DNA of 64,000 bases, taken from assembly GCA_964234715.1 (NCBI GenBank), contig OZ174275.1; one strand, 5' to 3'. Of this stretch, positions 11,041 through 21,600 are shown in pieces (position 1 is the stretch's first letter; every line of letters begins with the position of its first letter). A program made the position numbers and the translations under genes. The notes below the pieces were generated by a model that did not search any database, had not been told where the DNA came from, and saw only the letters and a list, made by a program, of their open reading frames with translations. This DNA comes from Podarcis melisellensis (lineage: Eukaryota).

Positions 11041-13333
11041 CTGGGGAAAAATAACAGAATGACCAAAGCATAACCATTTGACAAGCATGCAGAAGATCAG
11101 CGATTTTGAAAATCCCAACCGCTGCAGTTAAATTCAAGGGGAAAACAGACCCTAAGGTAAAAGAGCTTTGTCCTAATTTCTCTGTTCATTGAGTCCAGAA
11201 CTTAACAGTATAAAATGGAGTTGGTAATGCACGAACAAGTAAGGGCATTTTTAGCTTACAATGTTTGATTACTTATCACAGCTTTGTACATAACGATGAT
11301 GCATTCATAGGAATAAAATGCATTTATCTATAGCCACTGATGCCTAATATAATAAGGCTTGATATTAAACATTTACTGAGCAATCAACAGGTTAACTTTA
11401 TTTTATTTAGCAGTTGCTATAGCTCGGGTAAATGATTATAAAAGTGACTCTACTTCAAACAACATTGATCTTGCAAAGCCCTCCCTTGCACACATTTAAA
11501 CTCAAAGTCATTAATGTCATCTGTTAGGAACAATTAATGTGAATAGAAAATAATTGCATCGGGGAGGTAGGGACTCAAAGGATTTTGTGCATTAAAATTC
11601 ACATGCTGTTCGATTACATACTCAATTCTTTCAGTTTTGCTTGGAAGGAGTGCTAAACTGGTGTTATTTCCCCATATTAATCTGTATACTAATTACTAAG
11701 GTTTTTATGTCAGTGCTAAGCCTGGTCTGTTTTAATTGCAAATACAATAAGTTTTGCAATTTATGTAAACATGGCTCCTGGCTGGATAACTTCAAAAGAT
11801 TCCAAACCTGGTAATATATATTCTCTTGCCAGTCATATAATCAGGGCTGTGTGAATTCTATATTTAACAAAAATTAAAAATTTCACATCAAATTCTGCAT
11901 AAATAATTACTGAATTGCGCAGCCTGGAAAAAAATGCAAAACAAACAAATTTGAGTACTGTGCTCAAGTTACACCATGTATTTTGCTTCTGCTAGTAACT
12001 ACGAAAGGGCCAAGGGGTGAGTCCCACCATCTAATCCCTGGAGAGGCTGGGCTAGCCTAGACTGGTGATCTTCCACCAGCAGGCAAAAACATTTTTTTAT
12101 TTGGACAGGCTTTTGCTTAATAAGCTGGCTTGTAAAAATGTTAAAATTGGGTTTAACTGGTTGTTTTTAATGATGTTCACTTGTCTTGCTTTTCTTTTCG
12201 AGTTTTTTTTACTTGTATTTTATTCAGAACTACACAGAGCCATCTAAATTTGAATACAACATTCCACTTTTCACATTTAGCTGGGGGTCTGGAAGATAAG
12301 GTGAGTTCAGTTTAGAAGACAAAACTCAAGCCTAATGTTACGCTGTTTTGCACTTGCACTATTGTTTATAGCTGTCTTGAGCAACAAGAAATAAGGAATG
12401 CACATTCAACAAACAAATGCTATGTAGGTTGTAAACCTACACACACTTGTTTGGAAAGGATTATTGAGAATTTTGGGGGAAAGTTCATATTCACTTGCAT
12501 TACTACTTTCTGTCATTTTTCCTGCATTGCGGTGAAATCACAGAATGTACAAATTGCTACAGATACTGTACAGTTTCCAGAGACATTGTGTTAAGCATTT
12601 TGTCCAAACTCTAAGAAGAAAGTGGAACTATCAAGCACATGTTCCACTAAGACTATTTCCTTGCATAGTGACAAGCTGTTAGTGAGTGACCAGTTTAGAT
12701 CTATTGGCAGAAACACTCACTCATCTTCAAATCACCCGCCACTGCTATGTGTGAGGACCCTCACTGAGCACAGCCTTTATGGCTCATATTCAGTGCCTCT
12801 CCTTGAAGAGGGACAAGGACTACAAATACATTTATAGGAAAACAGAAAGAGTTTTCTCTACAAAAGCATCTGAAGTACTAACAGGAGTGCAATCTGGAGA
12901 GGCTATAGTGAAGCAGGTTGTTGTTGTTTTTATATAAAAATGTTGCACAACCACTGTTCCTTTCTAAGAAAAGCAGATAAAATAATTATAAATACAACTG
13001 TCAGCTATATTGTTCACTCATCTTCTCACCCCTGCTAGAGGAAATCTTTCTAAATATGCAGTCCTTTAGTTCATATTCTACATTGGTCATCGCTAACTGG
13101 CTTCAGTTCAAGGCCAATTAAAGACTTAAATACCACTAGATATTAATTGGGGGCTTATTTCACTGTTCATATTCCATTCCATTATTTAGTCTCTGTCACC
13201 TGACACCACCCTTGTTCCAGCAAAAATGATATAGCTGTTTGAGGGATACATACAACCCTAAATTTGTTTTCCATGAAAATTTTTCATTCAATATGATTTC
13301 ACTCTAAATATTTACCTTCTTTTATAATGTAAC

Positions 13334-13384
<51 letters not shown>
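13334..13384. repeat. (TATC)n microsatellite
   Basis: Read directly. Confidence 0.97.
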
Positions 13385-13386
<2 letters not shown>

Positions 13387-13480
13387 GTATCCCCCACTTT
13401 TCTCCAAAGAGCTCAAAGTAGCTTACATAGTTCTCCCCTTCCTCATCCAAACCCCACAGCAACCCTGTGAGGTAGGTTAT
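13385..13480 (-). mobile_element. 3' fragment of a MIR-like/L2-tailed SINE adjoining a (TATC)n tract
   Basis: ...ccccacagcaaccctgtgaggtagg core-like sequence with a microsatellite at its tail. Confidence 0.55.
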
Positions 13481-14219
13481 TTTAAAACTTATTTTTTTAA
13501 AAGCATCTGTTCTTCAGTTATTCAGTAGGTGTTGAGCCCATATACACAGTCATTTTCCCACACACTCTGTCTCAACATTCTACTGTAGGGTTTCTTACCT
13601 CTAGATGTAAAAGTTGTTGAGCTTGTTTTTTGTGCCCCTGGCCTGAGCCTGAGCTGCCTGTGCCTGAAACAGAGCCAAAGCCACCCACGCCACAGCCAGA
13701 AACAGATCCCAGGTCATCCGAGACAGAGGTAGCCTGAACCCAAGGCGCCCATGCACACACATTTCTTTTTAACCTCCCCCCCCCGCAAAAAAATCCCAGA
13801 CATTTGCTTAAAATTGTAAAAATCCCCCCAGGAGGGCATATGGGCCCCCCAAGAAAGGACATGTCTGGGATTTCCCAGACATCTGCACCCAATCATATCT
13901 GCATTTTATGTGTAGTTAAACCACCTTATTACTTATCAGAATCATTGGACTATTAAGTTAGAAGTAGCTCCAGGAAGTCTGGTTCTTTGCCTGGACTCAC
14001 TATTTTCAATGTATTTAATGTGTTTTCCAAATATTTTATAAAGCTTAAACATGAGTGTTCTGAAAATTTATCCTCTCTTTTCTGGGGATGGGGGGGGGAG
14101 AGTCTTTTCACCCTGAGACAATCTGGGGGGCATGGAGCAGGGGAAAGCCTCATATTATCAATGGAAGTCCTTGTGCAGGATTTCTGTTGACAGGACTCAT
14201 GAGTTGAATCCTGCCCCAA

Positions 14220-14625
14220 GGGTGGTATTCACTGCTAGTCCTACTCAAGAGTAGACCACTGAAATTAATGGACATGAATCACAGTGCCTGGAGACAGACA
14301 GACAGACAGACAGACAGGTCATGTATCCACCGCAGTGGCCAGAGGAGGAATGGCCATTGGGAAGGGTGCGGAGAGAAGAAACGCAATAGTGCATCAGCAG
14401 CAGCAGAACCGGACACTTTTATCTGCTTACCTGAAATAAAACATGTTTCTCCTGTATCGGTATCTACAGCCACAGCAGGTGCTATAATTCTCCAATGGTT
14501 TGACTTTACCCATCAAAGCACACTTTTCCATTGTCTCCCAAGACTGACAGATGCCAACACGACTAGCTTATGTACATTAATTTCAGTGGGTCTGCTCTGA
14601 GTAAGACTTATCTAAATACACACCC
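14220..14625. mobile_element. MITE with ~55-bp imperfect terminal inverted repeats
   Basis: gagtagaccactgaaattaatg is inverted relative to cattaatttcagtgggtctgctc; ends gggtg / caccc. Confidence 0.6.
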
Positions 14626-17426
14626 ATCACTGGACCTTCCAACCTCCTTACCTTTGCTTAAAAACTGTTTGGAGAGGGGCATTTTGGATTGGGTTTGCGG
14701 TGCTGGAGAGCAGGGGTTTAAATCTTTCCCTTGGCACCATTTCCCCACTTGAAATACTATCCTTGAAATTGGTATGGGGCACAATGTGATGGAGTTGTAG
14801 GATAGATGAAGTGGTATTTCAAATCATGGAAAAGATGGAGGGGGAAGGGGTTAACTGCTTTCCCACATCATTACTACCCTGATCCAAATTCACCCCTCCT
14901 GCACCTGCTTTTAAGAGGAGAAAAAGAATTTGAGAGATCAGATCATGGTTTTCCCATATTACCATTGGAAGAAAGTCCCCTGTGTACTAGGGCCTATCAT
15001 GCCCCCTTCCTATTTTTCACCAAAGTTCTGTTGTATAATGTAAACAACTATGACTTAGTCACCCACATTTTACAAATGTGTACACTAGCAGAGAAGTCAC
15101 AGTGAGACATAGGACTGGACGTTTTGTGACAAAACATTGCTAATTATGTTAAAATTGTTTCAAAAACATCTTAGGAATCAACTAGAGACTGCTTTGCCTC
15201 ATTCACAGTTGAGTTGGTAGATCAAATATGGAGCCTTATGCTTTCTTCTGAAGGGTTTTCTTTGAGAAAATAAATGACTTGCTAACTTCACGCCAACACT
15301 ACTGGTCCTGCTCAGAGTCTAGATAAAGTGGAAAGGTCACAGCGACACTAGGCATTGCAGTAAGATGGGAAAGAGAACAGTGATACAGAGTGGGTAAGCT
15401 CTGAGGAGAAGTTTAAAAATGAGACTGTGTTCATGTGGGAGGATAAAGGAAAAGCTTACTTAGTCACAAGGACAATTTGGCAAAAAGCCCAAACTTTTAA
15501 GTGAATAAAACTAACAGCTCAATTGAATACATGTCTACTCAGAAGTAATGTCATTTAGTTCAGTAGGACTTACAGTACTGTAGCCTAAGGAGTTAGCAGG
15601 GATGAGGCACACATTTCACATTGCAATAAAGATTTGGCGTTGGCCAGTATTGACATTTTCTATGGTTTCTTTAAAAATAATATACACCTTTTTATGTTAT
15701 ACACAGACACATGTACTCCAAGTTACAATGATTATTGAGCAATAATTCAGGAGAATAAAGGAGGCTTTAGGCCAAGCACAATAAACGAGTTTAAAACATT
15801 TCTAATTCTATTCTTTTGTACACACTGTGTATGAAGCCATATATAGTATAGAACTGACATTTAAGTGAGAACTCAATACCTTGTAACTTATATCATGCAT
15901 TAGCAATACTCGTAAGTGGCAAAAGCCCAAACAAAAGGTGCATAGTTGGCCCAAGGCTTTTGCCGCCCAGAAGGACAAGATGGTGTGCCTATTCTATTTA
16001 CAGATGCCAACTGGACTGGCAACTTTAACCTTACTTCAGCAATGGTGATGGGACAGCATCCCCTACCACACCCGAGGGCAGCAGGGTAGTCTGGAGTAGG
16101 GACAGCACAGGCCATTGGGCACACACAGGTGTATAATCTTTACCATTGCTTCCTCCCACCACCACCTCACTATGCCTAATGTCATTAGCTTCCCCTATTA
16201 AAATTCCCTTGTGATTCTCAAGCATGGTAACTAGCTTCCCTGTGGAAATGTAGGCAATCAGCAATAAAAGAGGTCACACCTCTGCTGCCTCTTCAGGTTA
16301 ATTCAAGTGAATTGGACCAGAGTACACAGTACTCTTAAGGCAGTGGTTATCCAAGCACCACACTGGTGTAGCTTGAGAGGATGGCAAGTGCTGTGGGAAG
16401 ATTCAAGGACAATCAATATTATATTCTGGGAATGATTCATGTTCTTATGTAGCTCCATTGTTTTATTCTTTCTGGATAGTCCACTATCATATTAATTAGT
16501 AGTTGTGCTTTACGTTATAAGTCAAGCACTTGCTAGAGGTTTCTTTTTGTTTTCCAATGTATTTATTATCAATTTTAAAAAATGGTGTGCCATTTTTTTT
16601 GTTCTGAAAGTGTGGCTCAGAGAAAAAAAATTGAGAGCCACTGTCTTAAGATTAAAAAGAAGACTTTGACATTGACAATTAAAGGGCAAGTCTGTCTATC
16701 TACTGTGAAATTTCCTATCTATGGGGTATCATTCCATCTCAAATTCCTTTTTAAACGTATCATGGACCGAACAATTTTCCATTGAGTTTCCAGCTATTTA
16801 TTCATTCCAAAGACAACACAACTCTCCAAGTACTGATTGTATTAAATATCAATTGTTTTAATTGCCTTGATTCTCCCCCTACCCACCCAGGATCTTTAAA
16901 TTTGGGCACTAGCTTAGCTTAGTATCCAGAAAAGAGATATGCTTCCCTTCACACATTGTGAAGGAATACCTTCATGTATTTGTCAGAAGTGTGGGAACAA
17001 CAGATCTTCTGCTATCTCTTTTGTGTGTCAGTTATCCAAGTAGAAACTGCAAAGCAGACAAAAGCTACTGTGGATGTCTTCTACCTAGAAGAGTAACACA
17101 CAAGGTGGAAATCTGGTGTCTTTTTTGTGGTCCTTGCCTCAGATCCTTTGAACAGTTTCCTTGTCTATCTGTAATATTATTTTTGTCTTAGCCAACTGTA
17201 TCCTGCACAGTATGAAAAAAGCGAAGACCTCTCCCCTTTGCTTTCTGTAGCTGAAATCAAGGCAGAAGTCTAGATGCAACAAGGGAATAAATTGGTAATA
17301 GTTTTCAAATGACCACTGGAATAATTATAAATGTCTAAATTTAACATGATTAGCACCACTACCTGTATTATAATATAAACAGGAATAACTGTCATATCAG
17401 AGACTGTCTCTTTTCCCTTTTAAAAT

Positions 17427-17540
17427 CAGTACTGGGGAACTTCTGCCCTCTAACTCCTATCAGCCCCAGCCAGCCTGGCAAAAGGTTAGGTATGGTGTGA
17501 GTTGAAAAACAACTGGAGGGTCACAGGTTTCCCATCCCTG
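17427..17540. mobile_element. Degenerate hAT-type MITE
   Basis: CAG...CCCTG ends; family-typical aactcctatcagccccagcc; flanks tttaaaat / ctttaaat. Confidence 0.6.
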
Positions 17541-18186
17541 CTTTAAATGTACACATGTCTGTAATATCAACCTTGAATATTGTGAATAGTGCACAATAGT
17601 ATTATGAGCCAAAGCACAGAAACACTAATGTAGACTATTGTAGTCCAAAATGGTTCTAAAGGAGCATGCTACAATACCACTTGCTACATGTGGTTTACCC
17701 ATCACATTAAAGATTAGTTTCCACAAATCAATTCTGGTGGTTCCCACAACCTTTCAAAGCCTATTTAGGGAGCACAGGAAGGGGGAGATGAGAAGAAATC
17801 CAGTTGCACAAGCACACACTGTTTCACACACACAACCTTCATTGAATCTTGTCCAATATGCTTAGGAGATTTATTTGGGAACCAAATTGCTTTATCTCTC
17901 AATCGGAGAGTCAAATGACCTAATCTCTACCAATATTACTGAGGGGAGCCAGTGTGGCAGAGTTCAAGCATCAGGCTAGGAGTTCCCATCTTGATGAATG
18001 ACCTTGGACTAGTCACAATGTCTCAGATTAACAAACCTCCCCAGTGTTTCATTTGTGGCGATAAATATCATTTTAAAATGCTTGCAGCTTAAGTTTAAGG
18101 AAGTTTAAGGAAATTCCCACAACAGAACATGGAACAGAATACATGTTAGATTTAAGGGGGAAGTTTAAACACATGAAGCCCTAGAC

Positions 18187-18323
18187 CAGGTATAGGCAAA
18201 GTCAGGCCCTCCAGATGTTTTGAGACTACAATTCCCATCATCCCTGACCACTAGTCCTGTTAGCTAGGGATGATGGGAGTTGTAGTCCTAAAACATCTAG
18301 GGGGTCGAGTTTGCCTGTGCCTG
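18187..18323. mobile_element. hAT-type near-palindromic MITE
   Basis: TIR caggtataggcaaa / tttgcctgtgcctg; 8-bp TSD CCCTAGAC / CTCTAGAC; arms gactacaattcccatcatccct / agggatgatgggagttgtagtc. Confidence 0.88.
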
Positions 18324-18331
18324 CTCTAGAC

Positions 18332-18935
18332 TGAGGTGGAGAACAGTTTCCAGCTGGTGGGCCAGATTATTATTTTCCCAGCCCTTGGTGGATCAAATCT
18401 GATGGGGAGGCTGGGCCAGCCACCTGTCAATCACCTGATGTCATAGTGATGTCAGGTGATGCTGCACTTTGAAGTCCCAATTGTTAGGACTTCAGAGGGC
18501 AGAACTGGGATGTTTGAAAGTCTTTGAAAGCATGTTTGCACCTCCCACATTGTGCTCTTCCTTAAACCTCCAATTTCTGAGGTTTAAAGGAGTAGCAGAA
18601 GTGGTTTCCAAATGACTTTGCAAGCAGCCCCACACTGATCCTTTAAAGCTCTGGGACCAGAGGTTTAAGGAGTAGCATAGGAGGGGGGGACAATTTCCAC
18701 TGAATGGAAATAGTTTGTTATTCCTTAAGCAAGGTTGGGAACATGCCTTGCTCCTGCAAAGAAACAAATGGGGGCCCGGTGTAAGTTCCTGGTTATTATT
18801 TTGAAGTCCCACCCTTACCTGAGCCACACCTGAAGTCATTTATGAAATCAAGTGTGAGATGGGCATGACTAGCAGGCCAAATGGGAAGGTCCAGTGGACC
18901 AGGTTTGGCCCACAAACTGGAAATTCCCCTTCCCT
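18332..18935. mobile_element. Older, longer hAT-type non-autonomous element; ends approximate
   Basis: Subterminal ccagctggtgggcca / tggcccacaaactgg inverted; internal palindrome atcacctgatgtca...tgatgtcaggtgat. Confidence 0.5.
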
Positions 18936-19183
18936 CTCCTAGATAAACAAGAGCAGATATGGAAGATATTGGCGTTATTTGAATAGGAGGCCAAAGAAAT
19001 ATTTACAAATTTATTTACAAATTTAAATTTTTGATCCAGGTTTATCCAAACACTGATCACCTTCCTTATCGCCATTCTCTTCCTTCTGCATTTTTTCATC
19101 CTATGTCTCTCTGTTTCAAAAGGCATTGGGTTGGATTAAATTGCTGATAATCAATGAGCTGGCTAAAAGTAGAATGGTTAAGA

Positions 19184-19399
19184 ACCTCGGGTTAAGTACT
19201 TAATTCGTTCCGGAGGTATGTACTTAACCTGAAACTGTTCTCAACCTGAAGCACCACTTTAGCTAATGGGGCCTCCTGCTGCTGCCGTGCCGCCGGAGCA
19301 CGATTTCTGTTCTTAACCTGAAGCACTATTTCTGGGTTGGCGGAGTCTGTAACCTGAAGCGTATGTAACCTGAAGCGTATGTAACCCGAGGTACCACTG
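19184..19399. mobile_element. Tc1/mariner (Tigger-like) MITE with truncated left TIR
   Basis: Right TIR taacccgaggtaccactg followed by TA; reverse-orientation homolog of 46451-46692. Confidence 0.85.
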
Positions 19400-19815
19400 T
19401 AAAGCAAAAGGCCCAAAGTGCAGGCAACAAACTTTTAAAAGAAAGAAGTCTCCAGATATGCTTGGTCAATATCCTGTACCAAACATTAATCACTCAAATG
19501 ACCTTGATCTGAAAGAAGCAACGTAGGGAATAAAATAAAAATGGTATTGCGATAAAGATTTCAATCACTGAAAGTGTTCAGACAGACAGACCATTACAAA
19601 TATTAGACTTCTGCTGCCACACATGTATTTGGCATAAGAAGTAGTCTGCATTTCTGAACTGCAGGACACACACACATTGTGAATTGGACTTTCTTAAGAT
19701 GTTATAAATTACTTCCCTAACAGTTACTGCTTTTGAGAGCTCTTATTGTGAACCCACTGCAGAATGTTGAGCCTTGTACTTAAAGAATACTCTGTTAGAG
19801 CTCAAGAATGTTATA

Positions 19816-19960
19816 ATCATAGAATTGTAGAGTTGGAAGAGATCATGAGGATCATCTAGTCTGACCCTCTGCAATGCATGAATCTTTCGCCTAACATGGG
19901 GTTAGGCGAAACCCACAACCCTGAGATTAAGAGTCTCATGCTCTACTGACTCAGCTATCC
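19816..19960 (-). mobile_element. SINE with tRNA-Lys(CTT)-derived head and CR1-like 3' tail
   Basis: Minus strand GGATAGCTGAGTCAGTAGAGCATGAGACTCTTAATCTCAGGGTTGTGGG...TTCCAACTCTACAATTCTATGAT. Confidence 0.85.
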
Positions 19961-20182
19961 CTCAGTAGGATCATTCCTTCTATCCCCCCTCTTTTGCCAT
20001 GAGTGTTAATACTTATAGGGCTAAAACAGCACCAGATAGGCACAACAGGGAGGAATCAGCAGGTTTGTCGTGGCCTTGAGATTTTCAGATGTACAAAACA
20101 ATCTTCTGGGGAGTAAGTTCTTCCCAAATGGATCAAGGGCAAGTGAAGTTGCTCAGTGGCCATGGGGTACTGACTGGCAAAG

Positions 20183-20226
20183 TGATTGATTGATTGATTG
20201 ATTGACTGATTGATTGACTGACTGAC
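20183..20226. repeat. (GATT)n/(GACT)n microsatellite
   Basis: Read directly. Confidence 0.9.
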
Positions 20227-21220
20227 CAACTGGGGAGGAGGCAAGTCTCCTTTGCAGATCTTAGTGATTTGGCAGATCTATACAGGAGAAGGTATGGCTT
20301 CAAATTCCAGAGGTTCCAGAGGGCCCCACGATATACTCTAAAGGTACATTAAATTGCCACCTTGCTTAACCTAATTGGGTCGATGGTTGAATATTTGAGA
20401 ACCACATATACACTGCCTTGGGTTCTATGGTGGAAGGCAGGTAAGAAATTAATCGCATCATGTCCTAATAACATCTGTGTCCCTGCAGTAAGGTACAATT
20501 CCTCAGCTCTGAAATCTTTTTCAAAGCAAACATGCAAGAGATGCCCCATCTCTGGATCAAGAAGGTAATTTTCTAACAATGAAAGCAATTTTCCTGTGTC
20601 AAAAACCAAACTTCATCCAGTCATTGGTTTACAGTAAAACCACAATAATATGCCCATTTACAGCAACCAGATAGTAGGACTACAGCAGTACCTACAGCCA
20701 TCTGTAAGCACATCTTACAACAGATACTTGGCTCAGATTTGCCTAGTAATACTGGATTAAGAGAGTGCCAGTCCTGGAGATCTCAGTGGGCTCTCATGCT
20801 CCATTGTCATTTGTTTTCATTTTTGCCTAAGAGTCCTATTCCCACACCGATCAGCCTGGCATTGAAAGATGAAACAGAGAATTATATAAAGCTCTTGTTA
20901 CTAGTAGCCCCATGTCCTGGGGAATAATATATAGACTTGTTTTATTGGCTGTACAGAAAAGGTTCAAATGAGATTTGTATCCCACTGAATTTTTATACGA
21001 TTTTGTTAATGGTAACACAAGTGAAAAAGAAAGGAGAAAAGCAAAACTAAAACCTTAGCACTATTCAAAGTTGCACTATGAAAGATCCGAGGACATCAAT
21101 AAGAATAAACCACATTATGGGGGAATGAATACTGTGATAAAAAGCTACCTTTTCATTTTCTGTTTTATGGTAACTCTCTGTATCACAATATAGTCATCAG
21201 CATCAGCATCAAAAATGGAC

Positions 21221-21600
21221 ACCTTTATTGGGACCTACCCAAATGCCACAAAAGCATGGCAAGCTTTTGAGTTCTCCAGAACTCTTCATGACACAACATA
21301 TTACACAAACCACCTTAAAGAAACAGAATGGGTTGCAAGCCAGACTTTTAATTTCTCAGAAATGAGGAGCAGCCATTGCTTCTTTATTTCACTATCCTGG
21401 GTGACATCTGTAGCACCCGGGAGGGGCTTTTTCAGCTTGCAATCTCTATCTTGGAACTATATTTACAATATGACCTTATAGCTACAACAGCCAGCCAATT
21501 CCTCCCCCACCCGAAATATTTATTTATTACTGTTGAAGAGTTCTGAAGAACTCAAAGGCTTTCCACACATCTGTAACATTTTGGTTGATCCCAATAAGGT
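21221..21600. mobile_element. Penelope-like remnant with inverted terminal arms
   Basis: acctttattggga...aagcttttgagttctccagaactcttca is inverted relative to tgaagagttctgaagaactcaaaggctt...tcccaataaggt. Confidence 0.7.

Noticed and set aside
19885-19960. tRNA-Lys gene (also tRNA-like sequences at 30520-30593, 45960 and 58305)
   Set aside because: Acceptor stems and B boxes are broken and each is fused to a SINE tail.
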